32,000 nucleotides of DNA from Ruminococcus albus 7 = DSM 20455 (GTDB lineage: Bacteria > Bacillota > Clostridia > Oscillospirales > Ruminococcaceae), in contig NC_014833.1 of NCBI RefSeq assembly GCF_000179635.2, positions 3,210,001 through 3,242,000 of the forward strand. The letters run 5' to 3'. Of this stretch, positions 18,572 to 26,640 are shown piece after piece (within the stretch, counting starts at the first letter, position 1; every line of letters starts with the position of its first letter). The position numbers were made by a program, and so were the translations under genes. A model generated the notes under the pieces. The model saw only the letters and a program-made list of their open reading frames with translations, was not told where the DNA came from and made no database searches.

Positions 18572-19846
18572 ATGGAACTTCTGATAAAAAATGTCAGAGC
18601 CTGCGATCCTCAGAGCGGGCTGGACAAGATCACGGATATAGCAGTCGATGGCGGTGTAATAACCGCCATTGGCGTAATTACAGACATTGAGGACTATACA
18701 AGGGTCATCGACGGCAAGGGCAGACTCTGCGCTGTGCCGGGACTTTTCGATATGCACGTGCATTCCCGCGACCCCGGACTTACCTACAAGGAGGATATCA
18801 TAACAGGAGCAAACGCCGCTAAGGCAGGCGGATTCACAGGTGTTGCGTGTATGCCCAACACCAAGCCTCCCATTGATTCTCCCGAGGGTGTACGTTATGT
18901 TTTCGACAAGGCAAAAAAGACGGGTATCGACGTTATCCCCTATGCCTGCGTCACAAAGGGCATGAAGGGTGAAGAGCTCTGCGATTATGACGAGCTCAAA
19001 AAGGCAGGCATCACCGCCATATCAGATGACGGCAGACCTGTAGAGAATGCCGAGCTTATGAGAAAAGCACTGGAGCTTTCAATCGATAACGGTCTGATAA
19101 TAACTTCTCACTGCGAAGACCTTAACATAATAAACGGCGGTATCATCAACAAAGGCGAAGTCTCCGAGAAGCTGGGCGTAAAAGGCATGGACAGAGCCAG
19201 CGAGGACAGCATCACCGCAAGAGAGATAACCCTTGCCATGAGCTGTGATGCAAGGATACATATATGCCACGTATCCACATGGGGCTCTGTGAATATCATC
19301 AGGGCGGCAAAGCGCGACGGTGTAAAAGTCACCTGCGAAACTGCCCCCCACTATTTCACATACACCGATGAGAAGCTTCTCACCCGCGATGCTGACTACC
19401 GTATGTCTCCTCCGCTGAGAACAGAAAAGGACAGACAGGCTGTGGAGGAAGCCCTGCTTGACGGCACTATCGACTGCATCATAACCGACCACGCACCCCA
19501 TTCCGCCGAGGAAAAGGCTGACTTTGAAAAAGCGCCCAACGGCGTTGTAGGTCTTGAGACTTCACTGGCTGTAACACTGACTCAGCTTTACCACACAGGC
19601 AAGATGAGCCTTTCAAAGCTTGCCGAGGTAATGAGCATAAATCCAAGAAAGATACTTGGGCTCGAACCCATAAAGATAGCCGTGGGCGAAAGATGCGACC
19701 TCTGCATATTCGACCCCGATTTTGAGTGGGAAGTCATTCCCGAAGAGCTGAATTCAAAGAGCAAGAACACAGTATTCAAGGGCGAAAAGCTGAAAGGCAG
19801 GAATATGTACACCATATGCCGCGGCAAGGTGGTATTCAGCCTTTAA
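18572..19846 (+). CDS. pyrC: dihydroorotase
   Basis: 424 aa with the amidohydrolase motifs of PyrC: PGLFDMHVHSRDPG, ITSHCED, ICHVST, ITDHAPH. Confidence 0.9.
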   Translation: MELLIKNVRACDPQSGLDKITDIAVDGGVITAIGVITDIEDYTRVIDGKGRLCAVPGLFDMHVHSRDPGLTYKEDIITGANAAKAGGFTGVACMPNTKPPIDSPEGVRYVFDKAKKTGIDVIPYACVTKGMKGEELCDYDELKKAGITAISDDGRPVENAELMRKALELSIDNGLIITSHCEDLNIINGGIINKGEVSEKLGVKGMDRASEDSITAREITLAMSCDARIHICHVSTWGSVNIIRAAKRDGVKVTCETAPHYFTYTDEKLLTRDADYRMSPPLRTEKDRQAVEEALLDGTIDCIITDHAPHSAEEKADFEKAPNGVVGLETSLAVTLTQLYHTGKMSLSKLAEVMSINPRKILGLEPIKIAVGERCDLCIFDPDFEWEVIPEELNSKSKNTVFKGEKLKGRNMYTICRGKVVFSL

Positions 19847-19857
19847 GGGGCGATACA

Positions 19858-20307
19858 ATGCTCAGAAAAACATCAGAGAATATCATCAGCGAGTACGGCT
19901 GTGAGCGTAAAATAACGAAGTTCAGGCTGTACTCCTCCGACGATGAACTTGTATGCATCGAACTGACCCCCGCCTTTATCACAGATGACGGCAATATCTT
20001 CTGGGACAGGTACGACAGCCTTACGGTGTACAGAACGGACTGCGAAAAGTTTCTTATACCGATATTTGATGAGATATTCCCCGTAAAAGACCCCGACCCG
20101 AACAACAGCTGGGGTATGCAGGATAATTTCGACCCCTGTTCCCTCAACTGGTTCGGCAGAGAGGACTGGCTGAAGATCGCAGAACTTCTGCGTAAACGCT
20201 GTGCCGACATGAACAGTGATGAACGTGACTTCTGCCTTGAAGCCGCGGGATTCATCGAAAGAACAGCGAATATCTCCGCAATATTCTGCATTGACGGCAA
20301 TCTTTGA
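19858..20307 (+). CDS. hypothetical protein inserted between pyrC and the nitroreductase gene
   Basis: 149 aa from ATG 19858. The ORF-track start at 19726 would overlap pyrC by 120 nt. No family recognised. Confidence 0.55.
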   Translation: MLRKTSENIISEYGCERKITKFRLYSSDDELVCIELTPAFITDDGNIFWDRYDSLTVYRTDCEKFLIPIFDEIFPVKDPDPNNSWGMQDNFDPCSLNWFGREDWLKIAELLRKRCADMNSDERDFCLEAAGFIERTANISAIFCIDGNL

Positions 20308-20316
20308 GGTAAAACT

Positions 20317-20847
20317 ATGAACGTTTTGGAAGCGATATCCGCAAGACACAGCTACCGCGGGAAATACGAGGATACCCCCGTACCCCGCGAAGACCTTGTC
20401 AGGATAATGGAAGCAGGACTGAGCGCCCCATCTGGGTGCAACAAGCAGACCACCAGCCTTATCGCGGTGGACGACAAAACTCTGCTTGCGAAACTGCATC
20501 AGGTCATCGACCCGCCTGTGGGCGAGACTGCCCCGAGCATGATATGTGTTCTGACACAGCGCATAAACGCCTACCGCGACAAGTGCTTCGCGGTGCAGGA
20601 CTACTCTGCTGCCATCGAGAATATGCTGCTCGCCATAACCGAGCTAGGCTATCAAAGCTGTTGGTACGAGGGTCATATCACCGATGATGACAGGATATGC
20701 GATAAAATGGCAGAGATACTGAACGTCCCCCAAGGGTACGATTTAGTATGCTTCCTGCCTGTGGGCAAAGCTTCGGAAGAACCGACTTTGCCGAAGAAAA
20801 AGGCGTTTGAAGAAAGAGCGTGGTTCAACGGTTTCGGGTGGAAATGA
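20317..20847 (+). CDS. nitroreductase-family protein
   Basis: 176 aa. The pattern AISARHSYRG...PVPREDLVRIMEAGLSAPSGCNKQ is typical of the NADH oxidase/nitroreductase fold. Confidence 0.8.
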   Translation: MNVLEAISARHSYRGKYEDTPVPREDLVRIMEAGLSAPSGCNKQTTSLIAVDDKTLLAKLHQVIDPPVGETAPSMICVLTQRINAYRDKCFAVQDYSAAIENMLLAITELGYQSCWYEGHITDDDRICDKMAEILNVPQGYDLVCFLPVGKASEEPTLPKKKAFEERAWFNGFGWK

Positions 20848-20848
20848 T

Positions 20849-21241
20849 ATGCATATCAGAGTTACAGATATCTACGAAGAGACCGGCGTGACCATGGTCA
20901 CAGCAGAATGCGCTATCGGAAAAATGCGGGGCGTGTGGCATTTCCGTGAAGCCCCTGTAAAGGGCAAAAGCTACGGTATCGAGTTCACTTTTAATAACAA
21001 CGAGCCGATAGATGGCAGTACTGCCGAGGTGCTGAAAGGCGGAAGCGAGTGTATTTCCACCGACGGCAAAGTGAACATTTTTACCGCCAAGATAGAGGAT
21101 ACAGATGATATTTTCTTCCTGCGGTTCTCTCACGACGGACTTTCAATGCTGGATATCAAAGACCCGCCCGCGGTAAACATCGGTGATTTTCTTAGGTTCA
21201 CGGTGGAGTGCGTAAAGACGGGGATATATCCCTACTTATAG
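20849..21241 (+). CDS. hypothetical protein
   Basis: 130 aa from ATG 20849, 1 nt after the nitroreductase TGA; the longer ORF-track start overlaps that gene. No family recognised. Confidence 0.55.
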   Translation: MHIRVTDIYEETGVTMVTAECAIGKMRGVWHFREAPVKGKSYGIEFTFNNNEPIDGSTAEVLKGGSECISTDGKVNIFTAKIEDTDDIFFLRFSHDGLSMLDIKDPPAVNIGDFLRFTVECVKTGIYPYL

Positions 21242-21270
21242 CATGATATATATTTAAGGAGGAATTGACG

Positions 21271-22206
21271 ATGTCAATGGACAGACTTATTGAAAACATA
21301 GTAAAAACACAGAACCCTTCGGTGGTGGGACTTGACCCTAAGCTGGAGTACGTTCCAGAATTCATCAAGGAGAAGAAGTTCAAGAAGTATGACCGCACAC
21401 TGAAAGCTGCGGCTAAGGCTATCCTTGAATTCAATAAGTGCATCATCGATGAGATACACGATATCTGCCCCGCTATCAAGCCCCAGGCAGCTTACTACGA
21501 AATGTACGGATATGAGGGCGTAAAAACCCTCTACAAGACCATCCAGTACGCCAAGGAAAAAGGTATGTTCGTTATGACCGACGGCAAGCGTAACGATATC
21601 GGCGCTACTATGGAAGCTTATGCGGCTGCACATCTGGGTCTTACCGATGTTGGCGGCGAAAAGATCGAAGCTTTCGGTGCAGACGCCCTGACTGTTAACG
21701 GCTACCTCGGTTCAGACGGTATCAATCCTCTGCTGGAACAGTGCAAGCTTTACGACAAGGGAATTTTTGTGCTGGTAAAGACTTCCAATAAATCCTCGGG
21801 CGAACTTCAGGATCTGAAGATCGGCGACAAGACCGTTTACGCTACCATGGGCGATATGTGCGAAAAATGGGGCAGTGAAGTTATGGGCAAGTACGGTTAC
21901 AGCGGCGTGGGCGCAGTTGTGGGCGCAACTTATCCCGAACAGCTGGCTGAAATGAGAGCCGCACTCCCCCACACATTCTTCTTAGTACCCGGCTACGGCG
22001 CACAGGGCGGCGGCGCTGAGGGCGTAAGCAAGGGCTTCGACAAGAACGGCCTGGGCGCAATAGTCAACTCTTCCCGCGGCGTTATGTGCGCTTACAAAAA
22101 GGAAGAATGCGACGAACAGGATTTCGCAAAGGCGGCAAGAAGAGAAGTTATACGCATGAAAGAGGATATAATCTCCTACCTGCCCAGAATAGCTTTCCCT
22201 GACTGA
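21271..22206 (+). CDS. pyrF: orotidine 5'-phosphate decarboxylase (long, type 2)
   Basis: About 311 aa from ATG 21271, 8 nt after AAGGAGG. Motifs: VVGLDP, IKPQAAYYE, DGKRNDIGATMEAYA, LVPGYGAQGG. Confidence 0.9.
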   Translation: MSMDRLIENIVKTQNPSVVGLDPKLEYVPEFIKEKKFKKYDRTLKAAAKAILEFNKCIIDEIHDICPAIKPQAAYYEMYGYEGVKTLYKTIQYAKEKGMFVMTDGKRNDIGATMEAYAAAHLGLTDVGGEKIEAFGADALTVNGYLGSDGINPLLEQCKLYDKGIFVLVKTSNKSSGELQDLKIGDKTVYATMGDMCEKWGSEVMGKYGYSGVGAVVGATYPEQLAEMRAALPHTFFLVPGYGAQGGGAEGVSKGFDKNGLGAIVNSSRGVMCAYKKEECDEQDFAKAARREVIRMKEDIISYLPRIAFPD

Positions 22207-22207
22207 T

Positions 22208-22479
22208 ATGGCAGGACTTGCAGATTCGGGGCTTCACGACTATGAGCTGATAAAGCTTTCTGCGGACTATACCCGCGGAGAAGTCAGCCTTGAAATGAAA
22301 GACCCTTTGGGTCAGCCCGAAAGCCTGATCTTAGGCGGTGTAATATCGGTCGAAATGACCCGCACCCGACCCTGGGGCGAGGGCAGTCATCGGATATCAC
22401 CGCAGACAGCGACAGCGGGTGCAGACTCGCCGAGATACAGCTGAACTCGGGGGACGAGATACGTATAGGATATAAATAA
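22208..22479 (+). pseudogene. small Imm-like protein with an apparent frameshift
   Basis: The frame from ATG 22208 reads LHDYELIKLSADYTRGEVSLEMKD...GGVISVEMTRTRPWGEGS, then degenerates to stop at 22444. A second frame (shifted +2, equivalent to -1) is open from 22294 and reads SSDITADSDSGCRLAEIQLNSGDEIRIGYK* (stop 22477-22479), which looks like the natural C-terminus. Confidence 0.5.
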
Positions 22480-22529
22480 TATTCAGCGAGTAGAAAAGCG
22501 GCGCCCCAAACAAACTAAGCTGCGAATCG

Positions 22530-22573
22530 AAGCGCGCGGTTTATGCGACTATGTCGGCATATACCGCGCGCTT
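22530..22573 (+). terminator. long GC-rich hairpin, probable terminator inside the pyr cluster
   Basis: AAGCGCGCGGT (22530-22540) / ACCGCGCGCTT (22563-22573) with an internally pairing loop, followed by TGCCTCTTTGG (a weak T-tract). Confidence 0.5.
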
Positions 22574-22634
22574 TGCCTCTTTGGCATACTTACCCAACTT
22601 CGTGGTTGCCCTGCCAAGTTATCCCCCTAAATGC

Positions 22635-22663
22635 TTGACACGGGGGCTGTTATAGGATATAAT
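22635..22663 (+). promoter_or_regulatory. consensus promoter upstream of the SMI1/KNR4 gene
   Basis: TTGACA (22635-22640), 17 nt, TATAAT (22658-22663). Perfect consensus, 20 nt upstream of the ATG at 22683. Confidence 0.7.
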
Positions 22664-22682
22664 ATTTAAGAGGTGTTGCTGT

Positions 22683-23075
22683 ATGGATATCATTGATGCT
22701 ATCAGAAAAAAGTATGGCGGAAATATCAGGCTTTGTGCACCCCTTGATGATGAAATGTTCGAACAGTCGAAAAAATTTCTGCCCGAAGAACTTGCAGAAC
22801 TTCTGCGGATATCGGACGGCATACTTGAAACTATGCCCCACCCGAAAACAGGCGAGATAATGGATATATACTACATAGTTGACACCTTTGAGAATATACT
22901 CTCCGAAACAAAGAGGTACCGCGAGGAACACGGCGGCGAAGGCGTTGTGTTCGCAGGTAACGGCGCAGGAGATTCCTATGTGCTGAAACCCGACGGTAAG
23001 ATATTTCTTATGGAGTATATTGACAATGACGAGGAATTCTGTGCAGAAAGTCTGTCGGCTTTTTTTGAAAAATAA
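22683..23075 (+). CDS. SMI1/KNR4 (SUKH-1) family protein, immunity-type
   Basis: 130 aa. The N-terminal pattern (I..KYG...L..PLDDEMFEQSKKFLPEELAELLRISDG) and C-terminal FAGNGAGDSYVL are typical of SUKH-1/SMI1-KNR4 domains. Confidence 0.75.
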   Translation: MDIIDAIRKKYGGNIRLCAPLDDEMFEQSKKFLPEELAELLRISDGILETMPHPKTGEIMDIYYIVDTFENILSETKRYREEHGGEGVVFAGNGAGDSYVLKPDGKIFLMEYIDNDEEFCAESLSAFFEK

Positions 23076-23087
23076 GGAGAGATTTTC

Positions 23088-23333
23088 ATGAGAAAGAAGA
23101 TCATCACCGCGGCAGTAATAATGCTTGTTCTGCTGATACTGTTCGTTCCGATACCCTTACCTCCTCTTAAAGAGGGCGGCACAAGGCAATACGCGGCACT
23201 GACTTACAAAGTTGTGAAGTGGCAGCGCGCAGTTGACGGCGAAATTTACAAGAAAACATCGGTATACTTTTTTCCCGATAATTTCAAGTCTATAGATGAA
23301 CTGTGGGCGATGGAGACAAATGATACCGAATAA
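23088..23333 (+). CDS. small membrane-anchored protein
   Basis: 81 aa with AAGGAG RBS and N-terminal TM helix IITAAVIMLVLLILFVPIPL. Confidence 0.6.
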   Translation: MRKKIITAAVIMLVLLILFVPIPLPPLKEGGTRQYAALTYKVVKWQRAVDGEIYKKTSVYFFPDNFKSIDELWAMETNDTE

Positions 23334-23348
23334 TATACAGGAGTTGAT

Positions 23349-24119
23349 ATGATGTACAAACAGGGTAAATATCAGATAGTATCGAAAAAGACCTTGGCTA
23401 AAGGCATTTTCGATATCGAGGTGCTGTGCCCCGATGTGGCTGAACTTGCCGAAGCGGGACAGTTCGCACAGGTGGCTGCGGAGGGATTTTTCCTGCGCAG
23501 ACCTATATCTATCTGTGATATAGACAAGGACAAGGGCACTATCCGCCTTGTGTTCGAGATACGCGGCAAGGGTACCGAGAAACTGGCTGAACTCAACAAG
23601 GGTCAGCTGATAGACATTATCGCACCCCTCGGCAAGGGATTCAAGGTGCTTGAAGGCAAGAAAGCCATCTGCGTCGGCGGCGGCATAGGTGTTCCCCCGA
23701 TGGTGGGCATCGCTAAGGCTTACGGCAAAAATGCCGTGGCTATAAGCGGTTTCAGGAATATGGCTGCTGTTATCTTACAGGAAGATTTCAAGGCTGCGGG
23801 AGTAGAGACAATACTCTGCACCGATGACGGTTCGGCAGGCAGAAAGGGCTTCGTCACTGATGCGCTGGAAGAACAGATAGCCAAGGAAAAGCCCGATATC
23901 ATCGTGGCTTGCGGCCCTATGGTGATGCTGAAAAGGATAGCTGATATCGCTGAGAAAAACGGTATCGAATGTCAGGTATCTCTCGAACAGAGAATGGCGT
24001 GCGGCGTTGGTGCCTGTCTGGTATGCGCCTGCCGTACAGTTAAGGACGGCAAGGAGATTCATTCCCACGTATGCAAGGACGGCCCTGTATTTGACAGCAA
24101 GGAGGTGGTTTTTGAATGA
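23349..24119 (+). CDS. pyrK: dihydroorotate dehydrogenase B electron-transfer subunit
   Basis: 256 aa with an FAD/NAD-binding ferredoxin-reductase fold (RRPISI, GGGIGVPP) and a C-terminal 2Fe-2S Cys cluster (CGVGACLVCAC...C). The start could also be ATG 23352. Confidence 0.9.
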   Translation: MMYKQGKYQIVSKKTLAKGIFDIEVLCPDVAELAEAGQFAQVAAEGFFLRRPISICDIDKDKGTIRLVFEIRGKGTEKLAELNKGQLIDIIAPLGKGFKVLEGKKAICVGGGIGVPPMVGIAKAYGKNAVAISGFRNMAAVILQEDFKAAGVETILCTDDGSAGRKGFVTDALEEQIAKEKPDIIVACGPMVMLKRIADIAEKNGIECQVSLEQRMACGVGACLVCACRTVKDGKEIHSHVCKDGPVFDSKEVVFE

Positions 24120-25027
24120 ACAGACTGAATGTGAATTTCTGCGGTGTTGATTTCAAAAACCCGATAGTACCCGCAAGCGGTACATACGGCTACGGCAGAG
24201 AGTATGAGTGTCTTTATCCCCTTTCGACCCTGGGCGGTATCTCCGTAAAGGGTACCACACTGCACAGAAGAGAGGGCAATCCCGCACCGAGAGTTGCCGA
24301 GACTCCCTCGGGTATGCTTAATTCCGTCGGTCTGCAGAACGGCGGTGTTGATAAGTTCCTCAGCTACGAACTGCCTAATCTGGTAACTAAGGATACTCGC
24401 ATAATCGCTAATATAGCAGGTTCTACCATTGAGGAATGTGCCGAACTGGCGGCTAAACTCAAAGGCAGCGACATCGACATGATAGAACTGAATATCTCCT
24501 GCCCCAACGTAAAGCAGGGCGGTGCGGCTTTCGGTACCGACTGCAATATCGCAGGTGCGGTAACAAAGGCTGTCAAGGACAATTCCGATAAGCCCGTTAT
24601 GGTTAAGCTTTCGCCTAACGTTACAAGCATAGTGGATATCGCAAAAAGCGTTGAAGCAAACGGCGCTGACGCTGTATCGCTGATAAACACACTTCTCGGC
24701 ATGAGGATAGATATCAACACAGGCAGACCCATACTCAAAAACAACGTTGGCGGACTTTCGGGCCCTGCTGTATTCCCTGTGGCTGTGAGAATGGTATGGC
24801 AGGTTGCAAATGCCGTAAATATCCCCGTATGCGGAATGGGCGGCGTTTCCACTTGGGAGGACGCTGTTGAGATAATGATGGCGGGCGCAAGCCTTGTACA
24901 GGTAGGCGCGGCTATATTCAACGACCCCTTTGCACCCGTCAAGATAATAGACGGCTTGCAGAAATTCTGCGAGGATAAGGGCATAAACAACATCTCGGAG
25001 ATAGTCGGCACTGTAAAGCCGTGGTAA
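24116..25027 (+). CDS. pyrD: dihydroorotate dehydrogenase B catalytic subunit (class 1B)
   Basis: 303 aa: PASGTYGYG, ELNISCPN, VKLSPN, GGLSGPA, GMGGV. A 4-nt ATGA overlap with pyrK. Confidence 0.9.
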   Translation: MNRLNVNFCGVDFKNPIVPASGTYGYGREYECLYPLSTLGGISVKGTTLHRREGNPAPRVAETPSGMLNSVGLQNGGVDKFLSYELPNLVTKDTRIIANIAGSTIEECAELAAKLKGSDIDMIELNISCPNVKQGGAAFGTDCNIAGAVTKAVKDNSDKPVMVKLSPNVTSIVDIAKSVEANGADAVSLINTLLGMRIDINTGRPILKNNVGGLSGPAVFPVAVRMVWQVANAVNIPVCGMGGVSTWEDAVEIMMAGASLVQVGAAIFNDPFAPVKIIDGLQKFCEDKGINNISEIVGTVKPW

Positions 25028-25036
25028 GGAGGGGCT

Positions 25037-26182
25037 ATGGACTTCCTTTTTGAAAGCGATATATATTCGCTGAGAACGCCCTGCTATCTGGTAAGCGAAA
25101 AGGCGCTCAAACATAATATGGAGATACTGCTGTCCGTCCGCAAAAGGACGGGCTGCAAGATACTTCTTGCCCAGAAGGCTTTTTCAATGTACGCCGCTTA
25201 CCCCATGATGCGCCCCTATATCGACGGCACCACTGCCAGCGGTCTGTATGAGGCCAGACTCGGGCATGAGGAATTCGGCGGAGAGACCCACGTATTCAGC
25301 CCCGCATACAAAAAAGAGGATATGGCTGAACTGGTGAAGATATGCGATGATATCATCTTCAACAGCTTTTCCCAGTGGAAACTTCACCGCGGCAATGTTA
25401 AGAACTGCGGACGGAAAGTATCCTGCGGCATAAGGTGCAATCCTCTGTATTCGGAGATAGATACCGATATCTACAACCCATGCTTTACAGGTTCAAGACT
25501 GGGTGTTACCCCCGAGAATTTCGAGAGCGGCGAACTTGACGGCATCGAGGGACTTCACTTCCATACAATGTGCGAACAGGGCGCCGATGTTCTTGCAAGA
25601 ACTATTCCCCACATCGAGAAACATTTCGGCAGCTACATAAAGCAGATGAAATGGGTGAACCTCGGCGGCGGACATCACATAACAAAAGCAGGCTATGATG
25701 TTGACCTGCTTTGCAGAACGGTGGATAGTATACAGCAGAAGTACGGAGTTCAGGTATACCTTGAACCGGGAGAAGCCTGTGCGCTGAATGCAGGCTGGCT
25801 TGTGACGGAAGTTCTGGACATCGGCAAAAACGGCATTGAATTTGCCATAGTTGACACCTCAGCGGCTTGCCATATGCCCGATGTACTGGAAATGCCCTAT
25901 CGTCCCGAGATAATAGGCGCAGGAAAAGAGGGCGAGAAGAAGTTCTGCTACCGTCTTGGCGGTCCTACCTGTCTGGCAGGAGATATCATTGGCGACTATG
26001 CCTTTGACGAGCCCCTGAAAGCAGGTGACAGGCTGGTATTCTGCGACATGGCGATATACTCCATGTGCAAGAACAACACCTTTAATGGTATGCCACTGCC
26101 CGAGATATACCTTGAAAAGCTTGACGGCTCTGTTGAGAGTGTGAAGCGTTTCGGGTATGAGGATTTCAAGTGCAGGATATAA
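25037..26182 (+). CDS. nspC: carboxynorspermidine/carboxyspermidine decarboxylase
   Basis: 381 aa. It has a PLP-dependent alanine-racemase-fold decarboxylase pattern with NspC-like length and N-terminus (TPCYLVSEKAL..N...L, LLAQKAFS, GLHFHTMCEQ, NLGGGHH). Confidence 0.8.
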   Translation: MDFLFESDIYSLRTPCYLVSEKALKHNMEILLSVRKRTGCKILLAQKAFSMYAAYPMMRPYIDGTTASGLYEARLGHEEFGGETHVFSPAYKKEDMAELVKICDDIIFNSFSQWKLHRGNVKNCGRKVSCGIRCNPLYSEIDTDIYNPCFTGSRLGVTPENFESGELDGIEGLHFHTMCEQGADVLARTIPHIEKHFGSYIKQMKWVNLGGGHHITKAGYDVDLLCRTVDSIQQKYGVQVYLEPGEACALNAGWLVTEVLDIGKNGIEFAIVDTSAACHMPDVLEMPYRPEIIGAGKEGEKKFCYRLGGPTCLAGDIIGDYAFDEPLKAGDRLVFCDMAIYSMCKNNTFNGMPLPEIYLEKLDGSVESVKRFGYEDFKCRI

Positions 26183-26235
26183 ACATGAATGGTCGGGATA
26201 AGGGCAGTGTCCATATAGAAGCTTATATTATTTAT

Positions 26236-26460
26236 CGGGGGTAACTTTTCTGAAGAAAAGTTATCCCCCGAACCCCCTTCAAAAGACTTTTAAATCTTTT
26301 GGGCAGGGGGTAGTTTTTTTATAAAGACAGAAAAAGACAGGGGGTAGCTATGTTTGCAAACATAGCTACCCCCTGCCCAAAAGAAATAGAAGTTTTCGGA
26401 AAGGGGTCAGCATCAGCGAAGCTGACGCTTAGGAATAACCCTTTTTCAAAAGGGTTTTCC
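26236..26460. repeat. cluster of G5/C5-containing palindromes (REP-like)
   Basis: - Hairpins at 26236-26270, 26273-26310, 26406-26426 and 26437-26456.
- Perfect 38-bp palindrome at 26338-26375.
- CAGGGGGTAG occurs at 26304 and 26338, with its complement at 26366.
- AAAGACAG is repeated at 26323 and 26333. Confidence 0.8.
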
Positions 26461-26534
26461 CCAATAGATAACATAAAACTTCCGTATGAGTACTGCCCTT
26501 ACGTCCCGGCCATTTTTTATCCGATACCATGCGC

Positions 26535-26563
26535 TTGACAACGAAGGCATGGTGTGGTAAAAT
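26535..26563 (+). promoter_or_regulatory. near-consensus promoter pointing into the IS110 element (probable original pncB promoter)
   Basis: TTGACA (26535-26540), 17 nt, TAAAAT (26558-26563) with a TGG extended -10. Confidence 0.6.
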
Positions 26564-26640
26564 ATGAGCATATCAATAATTTATTACAGAAAGACTAACT
26601 ATCAAAAGTCAACCCCTAAAAATGAAGATTAACAAAAATT

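Noticed and set aside
24059-25114. 351-aa minus-strand ORF
   Set aside because: It is antisense to pyrD and the start of nspC. It is a shadow ORF with no motifs.
26236-26460. Possible CRISPR array
   Set aside because: The repeats are inverted palindromes of different lengths with irregular spacing, not regularly spaced direct repeats with unique spacers. There are no cas genes.
26350-26538. 62-aa ORF inside the palindrome cluster
   Set aside because: It starts inside the 38-bp palindrome, has no RBS, and consists of translated hairpin arms.
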